Origin: Octopus sinensis
Taxonomy: Eukaryota
Direction: 5' to 3'
Length of the DNA stretch: 64,000 nucleotides
Assembly (NCBI RefSeq): GCF_006345805.1
Contig: NC_043001.1
Location: forward strand, 70,866,001-70,930,000
Numbering within the stretch: position 1 is the stretch's first letter; every line of letters begins with the position of its first letter. The position numbers were made by a program, and so were the translations under genes. Under the pieces are notes generated by a model. That model did no database searches, was not told where the DNA came from, and saw only the letters and a program-made list of their open reading frames with translations. This document shows, piece by piece, positions 53,695 through 64,000 of this stretch.

Positions 53695-53739
53695 CACACG
53701 GACCTAGGTTTCAAGTGTATTGCCTATTATCAACGTGTG
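53695..53739 (-). ncRNA. Hammerhead, family C copy 1 (1-nt deletion in stem II)
   Basis: Reverse complement of 53832-53877 lacking one C. Confidence 0.55.
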
Positions 53740-53831
53740 GTAGGCATCGCCTCTCGATGAACGACCAACAGTGCAGAAAATCCTTATATATATCTTGCAC
53801 TGTTGGTCGTTCATCGAGAGGCGATGCCTAC

Positions 53832-53877
53832 CACACGTTGATAATAGGCAATACACCTTGAAACCTAGGTCCGTGTG
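53832..53877 (+). ncRNA. Type I hammerhead, family C copy 2, U3-A8 variant core
   Basis: CACACG TTGATAA T-AGG-CAATACA-CCT-T GAAA CCTAGG TC^ CGTGTG. Confidence 0.7.
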
Positions 53878-54090
53878 TGGTATCCGCTTCTTGGTGAATG
53901 ATCTCCCTTTGCAAGATAGAGGACGCCGTGATGGCGTCGGCCTATTTGGTGACGTTGATGTTCGCCTGGGGCTAAATGCAACAGTGACACCCCCACCACC
54001 CTGCCCTGTCCCTAGCCATATTCAGTTGGCTAATATCCCTTATATTATGGAGCAGTCACTGTCTATATCTCATTTAGAGAATTATTATTG

Positions 54091-54099
<9 letters not shown>

Positions 54100-54124
<25 letters not shown>

Positions 54125-54790
54125 AATAATATGTTACATTACTCGGTAGTCAAGATAAAACTCTGAGTTTCAGATGCTAAAGTGGAAATCCACAACACCA
54201 TCTCTTCGGTTATCTGGCTATTTGAAAACGCTATGAAAAAATACCGTTATATAAAGGGAAATTACTGTGTTATAACTCTGCTTGCCTGCGTACTTATACA
54301 TCGCTCGCATTTTTCGTCATAAAAATTATATAAAAATACATAAAAAATATATAAAAATATATAAAATCTTCTTGGGACATAACATAGAAAGCATGTTCTA
54401 TCTGTTTTCTTTAGGGGACCAAAAACGTAACAGAAATTTAGTCACGTATGGGCATGATCCGAAAAGTTCTGTCCTTGTGTTTAGACATGTAGTAGGGTCT
54501 AAGCTGCTTTTCCAGATAAGCCATTTCTCCATGTCGCTTAGACCGCACGTTCGACTGCCGTTGGTATATGGCCTACATCTGGCCAAAATCTTCCAATGTA
54601 TGTTATAATCGACACCTTTATCTTTTAAAGACTAAATATGATTAGATAATTGTGTCGCTTTTCTTTTGTTCCAGTGCCTAAAGCTCAAAGTGCGGTTATT
54701 GAACCTGGCCTTGAAATTACCCTCTGTAAGGCCCACGTATTTCTTCGTCGAAACGGTGTCTTTAGTGGTTATAGAGTTTACGGTAGCTTC
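54100..54790 (-). mobile_element. Penelope-like 3' fragment (GIY-YIG C-terminus + 3' repeat)
   Basis: HWKILARCRPYTNGSRTCGL..EKWLI..LNTRTELFGSCP. Confidence 0.8.
54154..54214 (-). ncRNA. Hammerhead-like fold downstream of the Penelope ORF (U4C in core)
   Basis: GATAA CCGAAGA GATG..CATC T GAAA CTC-A-GAG TT^ TTATC. Confidence 0.5.
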
Positions 54791-55381
54791 ATATATGATG
54801 GTCTTGGACATGCATCTACAAATAGCATCTACAATGGCTAGAAATGAGAGTCAAAAATATTACTCGAACAGACACAGAAAATCATATTAATGACTGAGAG
54901 CAGCAGGCCACAGCATATTTTTTTAGTGAGATATACTCACAGAATGAAGTAGATTGATAAATCCCTAGGGCGTGATTTCGAAATTTGATCAGTATGATCT
55001 TGTTTCTCCTCTGGGCTTTCCACAATTACTCCAGATTAAATAGACGTTCTGCCTCCCATTAGCTCATGAAAAAAACCGTTGAACAGCGAGCGCTAAATTT
55101 ATAAACGGTTAAAGCGTATAGAAAAATAAATTATAATAGTATATTAATATATTAAAGTATATTAAATACATTATAATATAGGTGGTTATAGCAATTAAAA
55201 CCAAAAAGGTAAAATTAATACACGTGGATGCAAAATAACACCTACAATTACTAGAAATGGGATTAAAAACTATAACTCGAACAGCCACACAAAAGCACCA
55301 TGCTCATGAAAAATTCGGAACTGCGAGCAGCAAGCCACAACGTTATATATATATGTATGTATATATATATATATATTATAT

Positions 55382-55475
<94 letters not shown>

Positions 55476-55749
55476 ATACACATTGTATTATATATATACA
55501 CCAACGAGTAAAAAATACGTAAACGCATGAGAGATAAGTACAGGAAAAAGATGTGACGAAAGACCTTTGACGAAGAAAAAAAAATAATATTGAAGCTAGA
55601 GTGAAGACCAAATGTATAATGCGTGTATTTAATTTGCACCCTGTATAGGACCAACACCATGTATATCAATATCTAACACACGATTCACATCAAGAATCTT
55701 GCAAAACAAGTATACAAACATAATCTTATATATATATATATATATAATC

Positions 55750-58700
55750 AGTAGTTGCTCGAGAGTCAATACGTACAGAAGCGACAAGAGGGGGCATCCT
55801 TGACGGACCAAACGTGCAATGTCGAAACGTCTCGATAGATGCCCATTCACGCGAATTACCGAACGGATGCTTCTGTACAAGGCAGCTATTCAACCGCGGA
55901 AAACGGGACCGAAACCGACTGCTATGAAGACAGCTTCCAAGTATCGATGGTCTACCCTATCGAAAGCTTTGGATTGATCCAAATTGATCAAGGAGCCACC
56001 CATACCAGATTCCTTAACTACCCTGTCTATGGTGTAGCGCATCAGATAGAAGTTGTCATGGATGCCCCGGCCTGGCACGGCGCACGTATTCGCCTTTTCA
56101 AGCAGTTTCTCGATGACAAGCGCCAACTTCTTGGCTAACACATTAGCTAAAATGTTCAAATCTGCATTAGGCAGAGTGATGGACCTAAAGTTTTCTATTA
56201 TGTCCCCGTTGTTTGAATCTTTCTTCAGCAGCGTTACTGCTCCTCGGCTCATAAAACCGGGGATGCTGCCATTTTGCTGCCAAGACGTCTTCAAACAAGT
56301 CTGGCATACCGCTGTAAAGCTCGTGGGGCTTACCATCCAAACCCGGCGATTTGTCCCTCGAGCACTCTGCCATCGCGTCCTGCACGTCCGCCTCCGCGAT
56401 GGCACCCTTGCAACACTATACCTCTCTTGCCGTGAGTTGTGGCAGGTAACAACTGAAGTCTACCCTGCGTTCTTGCTCACCACTCGTCCAGAACAGTTGG
56501 GCAAAATACTGCTGAAACGCCTCACACATTTTGCTGGGCTCGACTAATTCGCACCCTTGTTCATTCACCAGAGAATGAATGGTGGCTTTGTTGCCCTATT
56601 GCACCTCCGCCACCCGGGCCTCTCGCGCGGCTCCAACACCTTCGTTCCTTAGAGCACGCATCTTAGCCCTGACAACACATCCTTCGTGTTTGGCGTTGAA
56701 GTGTTGGTCAAGGGCTATCCTCGCCACAAATACGTCAGATGCGATACCACTTCTAATCGCTTCTTCTAGCTACTTAACTAGGTCACCCTCAACTCTGTTT
56801 CTATCTATTGCTAATGCTTTGCTATACCTAACCGCTTCTACTTTTATTGCTCTCTTAAGGGCAAATCACCATTTGTTGTTGATGGCTCCCGTGCTAATTC
56901 GGTCTCTGAAAGACGCGTTTAGTTTCAAGTAACCGGGGCCCTGCCTATGTGCCTTATCTAAGTCTAGCGTACACGCCACAAGTTTATGATCCGTGTAGCT
57001 GACTATGTGGAATTGTGGACATCCTAAGCTGTCTATTGCCCTACACAGTATTCTATTTAGATACGATCTCGACGACCCGTTGCGGTTGCTCCATGTCCAC
57101 GTTGGCGCTTTTGGGTGGACGAGTTGGTACCTCTCAGACTGTTGAAAGCGTCTGAGAAGGTCTCTGAGGCATTTGCCTCCCCGTCTATTCCCATCTCTAG
57201 TCTAGATGCGTGTCCAAGATAGCATTCCAATCCCCTACTAAAAGTAAAGGACGAGACGTCCCTAGGAATACTTCTAGACGTCGAAAGAAATCCGGCCGAC
57301 CTGTTAAAGGCGGTGCATACATTGATAGGAGTCGAAACGCCGTCGACATCCAGGACAACCAGACTATCATCCGGGTCTATTAATATTGTCTTTACTTCTT
57401 TTCTTACGAAAAAGTATCACCGTGCCACCACCACAGACAGGGAGCAAAAATAATTGTTAAACTGTACGCCAAACACGGACTTTGGGGCTCATGGATTATG
57501 GAGTATGGAATCACTCATGGCAATAATTCCTAACTCGTGAAACTTTATGTCATTTAAGAGGTACCCTTGTTTCCAAGGGGACCCCAAGCCACGCGCATTC
57601 ACACAGCCCATCTTGATCATGATCGTAATGAGTTATGTGTTTTAAAAACCAAACGAAAGGAACAGAGTTACTGTTCGAAATTTTTGTCTCCTTTGATTTT
57701 CCATCAAGGAGGTTGCTGTATAGCTCTGTTGAGGAGTATTTTTGACATCCCCATACCACATTGGGGTACAGGGATTTTAGTGTGTGGTGCAAGGTCGGTG
57801 TGACGTGCAAAGTCTTGATGTGTTCTGGTGGTGTTGTGTGGGGGCGGTTGCTTGCATTTATGTCATCATCTGTTAGATTTGTTTTTGAGTTAATGTATTC
57901 CATCAGCTCTGTGTTTTTAGAGTTTATGGCTGTGAGCTTTGCTTTCGTAGTATTGGTGTCGGTGTTGTCTGTGTTAGAGTTCGAAGTGTCTTCAGGAGTT
58001 GTGTATCCCTGTTTTGTGTTTGCTTTTGTTATTTTTTTTTGCTCCTCTTCCTTCATCTTCTGGCTATTTGCCATTCCTAGCTGATTTAATCTTCAGACGA
58101 AACTTCTGAAGAATCGGAAGAGGGTAAGGGCATGTTGTAAGCGACTATGTATGTTTGTGTAAGTGTTTGTGTCGTTGTTTTCGTTGGTGTTGGTTGTTAA
58201 TTGTTTGTGTGAGGTGTGTGTGACATAGGGGAGGAGGGATCAGTTTTAGTATCGTCTTTTGGTTTTCCTGTACTTTTAGTTATTGTTGTTGGTGGTGGTG
58301 GTATTTTATCAGTTGCTGTTTCATTTTCGATTGTTGATGTTGATGGACTTGGTTGGTATGCTTCTTTAGTCGTCTTCTGTTTTGATGATGGTGTGTTGTT
58401 TCTTTAGTCGTCTTCTGTTTTGATGAGGTTGTTGTTGTTGCTCTTGTTGTGCGGCAGTTGGATATTTCTTTTTTAAATGTCCTTCGCTGCCGAACAGTTA
58501 GCATCGTGGCCGCCTACCCTCTACCATTACATACAGTCTGTAGCCGTCTGTCAATTCTATAGAGGTGGGTATCTTGTCTATGGATAATTTGATCAATTTG
58601 CATAAGTATTTAAAGTGTTTTTCCGACCCAGGTTTGCTGTTCTAAAACAGCAATTTCCAAAATGTTAGTCTCTGCCATTTCAAAGCAGATATCAGATACT

Positions 58701-59169
58701 AGCCATTGTGTTTCTACTTCTGGTGGCACATTTATAATTTCGACTTTCGTCACTCTTTAGCCTGAATATGTTGGTATCATTACCAACTCGCCGTGTGGAG
58801 AGTTAAGGTTGAAAATCTTTTGGTTGAAAAATTTTCATTGTGGAATCGCACTTTAGCTGTGCCGAATTTATGCCACCAATTGACGTATTCTTTGTGTACC
58901 TACACAGGGCGAAGGCATTTTTCTAGTTTTGGCTGTGGTGCATTTTCCGGTCGTGTTGTCTTCATAGTGATATTTTTATATATGATTGTCCGATTTTGTG
59001 TGTTATCTATTATATGTTTTGGAATATGGAGATGTAAATTGTCTGCTTTTTTGCTAAGAAGCGCCTTTGTGTTGTTTATTTCTTCTGCAGTGAAATTCAC
59101 GATTGTTCCTTTCTGTTTTATCACTTCCGTGAAATTTGTTTTGTCCTTGGTGGTAATGATGATGATTTC

Positions 59170-59205
<36 letters not shown>

Positions 59206-59640
59206 GATGGTGGTGGTGGTGGTAGTGGTGGTGGTGACAGGGCTGTTAACGATCGTGATTGCAGTATCAATGACGTTGACAGCGTCCACTTTCACGTTTC
59301 TCAATTTATTTGTATTTTCATGTCTGTAGTTGTATTCGAGTGTGTGTGTGCAGGAGTTATTCTTTTACTCCTTGCGTTTCAAGGCTAGGGGAATATTGGT
59401 CCATGAACGAATTTGACCAGCGTTCCACTCTGAAATTTCTCGACATTTTTCACATTTGGGAAGAAAAGGAAATTTAAATAGGGTTGAAACTGCCGCTAGG
59501 GGCCAATTCCTCGCTTGAAAACACACACAAACGAAAGTTGGGTGCTTCACAAACCTTGTGTACAAAAATAAAAACAAAATATTTGCAATGAAAGGTCGAA
59601 AAAAAGCGATTACCTTCGGAGCCTTATACGACAACACGCC
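55750..59640 (-). mobile_element. Decayed L1/Tx1-clade LINE (ORF1 + APE endonuclease + RT, 3' part missing)
   Basis: ORF1 with poly-T/N tract (58900-59304); VNARGLG APE start near 57600; KSPGLDG, NLDQSKAFDRVDH, RQGCPL; breaks at (TA)n near 55745. Confidence 0.88.
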
Positions 59641-59642
59641 AG

Positions 59643-59768
<126 letters not shown>

Positions 59769-59880
59769 TTCATTCACAAACACGCTCGCAAATGCAACTT
59801 CACTTTACATATACATACATATGTAAATGCATGTCCATAGTATTTTACTTATTCTCCTCTTTCATGTTTTCCGTGTGTAT

Positions 59881-59930
<50 letters not shown>

Positions 59931-60401
59931 CATAAATGTCTGTGTGTGTGTGTGTGTGTGTACATGTATGTGTGTGCCTGCATGTGTGTATGTGAGTATG
60001 AGTAGCTTACTTTTCATATTCTTCTCCTCACATTTTCACTCCTTTTATTTTGCGCTTTGCTTGACACCATTCCAGCTATTCCTTCCAAGTTGCCTCTTCG
60101 CTCTACTGAAAAAATTATATAATGATTACACCCGAGCCTATTATTACCTTACGACGAATTAAATATGTTCCTTTCCGTTCCATTCTTTCTTTTACTCCTC
60201 TTCTTTTTCTCGTCACCATTATCTTCTTCCTCTAACTTTTTTGCCAATTTCTCCATCTCCTACTTACCTTTATCCTCTTCCTGCTTCCACACGTATTCTC
60301 GTCTTTCTACTCCTCTTCTCCCTTATCCCCATTGTCCTTATCATCATCATCATTATAATCATAATCATCATCGTCATTATCGTGAATATTATTACTATAA
60401 C

Positions 60402-60465
<64 letters not shown>

Positions 60466-61224
60466 GGCGCTGGTGTCCTTTGTATTGTGTTTGTCGTTGT
60501 TGCTTTGTTGCTGTGGACGGTGGTGAGGTTGATGCTATGCTATTGCTGTTTGTCAATGATGTATATATGTGTTGACAAATCTACTCTTGGATGACATTTT
60601 CTTCCAGAGATTTCTTATAATGTAATAGAATCATTTTATTCCCGTTTTTAGCGAGATATATACTCATAGGCATATATTTCGTGTGCGTACGCACATATAC
60701 ACACACACATACACGTTCAAACACTCGCACACAAACATACACGCACGGATCACACACACACATATGAGTATGTGTCTATGTATTTATGTGTGTGTGTATT
60801 TATATATATATATATATATGTATATATATACACATTCACATGCTCACATACATACACTTACACGCGCACACACATATGCCTACATTCATTCATCTATCCA
60901 TCCATACTCCATAATACATTTTCTTGTTATTATTTCCCGTTCTCATTTGGAATCGGTCACAGTTGCCTCAATTTCTGTTGCTTGATATGTCATACATATA
61001 GTTGTCTTTAAGATGACATATGTATGCGTGAGTGTGTCTGTGTCTGTGCGTGTGTGTATGTGAAAATCTTTTTACGTTATATATCTTGCAATGTTCTTCA
61101 GTACTAGTTGCTCAATAAACAATATATATTGATATTTTACTATAGATATTAGTACTATTACCTTTATTCGTATTCTTTCTTTACTCATTCCTTCTCTTGA
61201 GTTATCTATGTCATCTCTCATCTC

Positions 61225-62090
61225 CTTCCTGCAGTTTAGAGACGCAACATTTCACTTTCCTCAAGATGTGTGCTGTTCCAAGTATTACAGCGAAGTACTT
61301 CTCATAAAGTTTGGTATTTGCAGCTTTCCATTCCAGAATATTGCTTTCTTTGAGATGGTATGTAGTGCACCGATCACTATAGGTAACACGTTTGTTTTTT
61401 TAGCTTATAGTTTCACTTGCAAAGGCAGTGCTTAGTACTTCTCAACTATCTCTGTCTTTGTCTTCACAGTATTATAGTCTGTATGTATACGTCAATGAAT
61501 GTCTATTCCTTGGACTACATCTGTAGGAGAGGGATATATTATCGATTATATTGCACCCTCTTTTCTGTGTAGAGTGGCATATCCCATTTGAGTTTCACTT
61601 GGTCATTCTCTGCTACTAGTATAAGCTGGTGCTCATACCATTTGATGAAGCATTCTGGCCCCAATCTAGCACATAATTCCTGCAAACTCCCTGTGCATTC
61701 GCGTCGCTACTTTGTAATAATATTTTTGTACTTCTTTGGGTCCAGTTTTAACCATGCATGTACTAATTATGTGTGCCCAGATGTTTTTTTCATATCATCT
61801 ACATAAAGGCGAAACTGCTAACTTATCAATGCTACTCTTGATTGAGTTGGTTCGTAAAGCCGCAAGGAGAAATCCTTCTTCATTAAAAATTAGCGTCATA
61901 CGTTGTATCCGCCACTTACTGGGAAAACATTCCGTGTAGGACTTTCTTTTTTCAGCTGGAGATCTCTTCTTTATTAGTCTTCATTTTGTATATCTGGAGA
62001 GTCTTACCATTGTCATGAACACTTTTTCGCTTTATGCAGCCTCCAACAACCTTTCATCGCTATTTTCCTGTGTTCGTTGTAGTACACAAT
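61225..62090 (-). mobile_element. Old R4/Dong-like LINE 3' fragment (different subfamily)
   Basis: LKWDMPLYT, PIVIGAL, ILGTAHILRK on the minus strand. Confidence 0.7.
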
Positions 62091-62882
62091 CAGGGAAATA
62101 CTAGCGTCGAAGATATGAACAGCAAAGATATGATCAAGCACCCTTCTAACAAAGTTACTGGCTTTTATTTAAATAAGGAAATACAGTTGTAATTGCCCTC
62201 GGAATGCCGTGTCTTTCCTAGTCCCAGTTAGGTTTTTTAATGCTATTTTCCGTATTAGTTTTGGCTTATTAATGTAAATATGATGCAGTGTCAGAAGGGG
62301 ATTTAGTTCATATTTATCTTTCGTATTTGTTAATTGCATTTTCTTTCTCCCGTCACAAAGGAAATTAATTTTCAATAACGGCTAACAGTTGCGTTGAGAG
62401 ATAACTTTCCAACTTTCGCCTCCGGGGAAGCAAGAGAAATTAGAATTCTAGTGAGCTTTAGAAACGACTTACAATACTTGCATCATTGACCCCCTCTTTA
62501 TATATCACAATAATGGCAATGTTCTCTACTGACACGATAACGGTAATGTGATATTAATGACCAACAAAACTAACTACAACAGCAAAAATAACACCAGTAA
62601 CGATAAGATTGACAACGAAAAAGAAATACGTTTGCATGAATAGCAAAACACTTGGTTCTTAACATGATGGACGAGAATATACGACAGCTGGCAGCAAGGA
62701 TAAATACATTAGTACTAAAAGAATTGCGTTGCAGAATAACTTAACATGTAAAAGAAGTTATTGTTTTCTGAAACATCTCTGACAATGCAAGGTGAATTTA
62801 ATATCAACGTAGAGTAGATTATGTCACTGTAATTGTGTAACTAAATCTGAGTATAAAACATACGAGAAAGGTCTTTCTTCAG

Positions 62883-62978
62883 GACTGCTGGAAGGAATAT
62901 TTGAATCGGAAGAATAAGGAAGAAATGTATTGCTACCATACTCGTATAAGAGAAGTACCTCTTGATGCAGAGAAACAT
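62883..62978 (+). CDS. Candidate 96-nt exon (DCWKEYLNRKNKEEMYCYHTRIREVPLDAEKH)
   Basis: tctttcttcag acceptor, CAT|gtaagt donor, phase 0-0, open frame. Confidence 0.27.
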
Positions 62979-63348
62979 GTAAGTCAGGCTAGGGCAAGGG
63001 TATTTTCATACAGCTTCAATCTTGATTTGGATATCACGTTCATGTCGATACAGCTGTCCAACATCACCATAACTAATTAGACAACTGTATTAAAGTTAGT
63101 TTACATGTGAAACGATAGTAACGACAGAGTTTATAAAGACATCTAATATTTTTTGTTATTTTTGGAAGACCCAAGGGTAAGAAATCTAACGCTTTATTAT
63201 TTTTGCAATTTTGCTATTTTGCTACTGGTTTGGTAATTAAATTATGTAAGTATAAAGTATGCTGTAAGGACAACGAACATAAACCTCCTTATGTAGATAA
63301 CCAGTGTATTTATATAAATATATATATGTGTGTGTGTGTGTGTGTGTA

Positions 63349-63379
<31 letters not shown>

Positions 63380-64000
63380 TGTGTGTGTGTGTGTATAGGT
63401 GAGTTCAATTAGAGGTTATAAAACCATCTAAGGGATATTTATATCCAATGAATTACTGGTGTTATCCACACACTTACACACTTTTCGGAACAGGAATAAA
63501 TATTACTCAACAGGATTGAGTAAATTCATTTGGGAAATTAAGGACTAAAATAACAGCTTTGATTTAGAATGGGACATATTTGCTTTAGCACCTTGTTGTA
63601 GCGTAAGAAATTTTTAAAAAATGTCTTCCCTATATAAAGGAAAAATTCTTCATCCTAATGACTAGACTCCCCTTGGCCAACCAGAGATAAGAACGGTACA
63701 GATGTTGCTTGCACATAGGTAAATATCTATTCTCTAAATATAACTGCAGATATTTAGTAACTACCCCGTCTCTCCCACAATAGATTTTTAGCCCTAACCA
63801 ATGATAACTATAGCGTTAATTTATTTATAACCCCCTCCCATTGTTACATTTCACCATTTAAATAACTTGAAACAGATACACTAATCTTCCCCTCCAGTCA
63901 AATAATTTACTATTAGCACTTCCCCCACACAAATAGTCACTCTTCTTACACAACAACATAAATAATCACTTTTTGCTCCAATATATGTACGTCCTTATTT

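Larger units (their letters stand above)
53525..54048. repeat. ~250-bp-arm palindrome carrying hammerheads
   Basis: Arms 53525-53775 and 53796-54048, 20-nt spacer. Confidence 0.93.

Overview
AT-rich, microsatellite-dense animal genomic DNA, almost entirely transposon-derived. The tRNA-derived SINE families suggest an octopod cephalopod (inference). No intact host gene is recognisable; only a decayed GPCR-like pseudogene and a few candidate small exons. Contents: R4/Dong-type REL-endonuclease LINEs ending in (TAA)n, L1/Tx1-type LINEs, an ORF1-only (HAL1-like) element inserted into a SINE head with a 15-bp TSD, many SINEs, Tc1/mariner and MULE DNA transposons, Penelope-like fragments, and a U6 snRNA retrocopy abutting a SINE. 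Main result: type I hammerhead ribozyme (HHR) folds occur in at least three unrelated non-coding repeat families, each arranged as a head-to-head palindrome. One forms a tandem and inverted array with four HHRs spaced exactly 479 nt apart (retrozyme-like). All three families show the same non-canonical U10.1-U11.1 apposition at the base of stem II, and one also has a compensatory U3-A8 core. All folds were read by eye; none has been tested.
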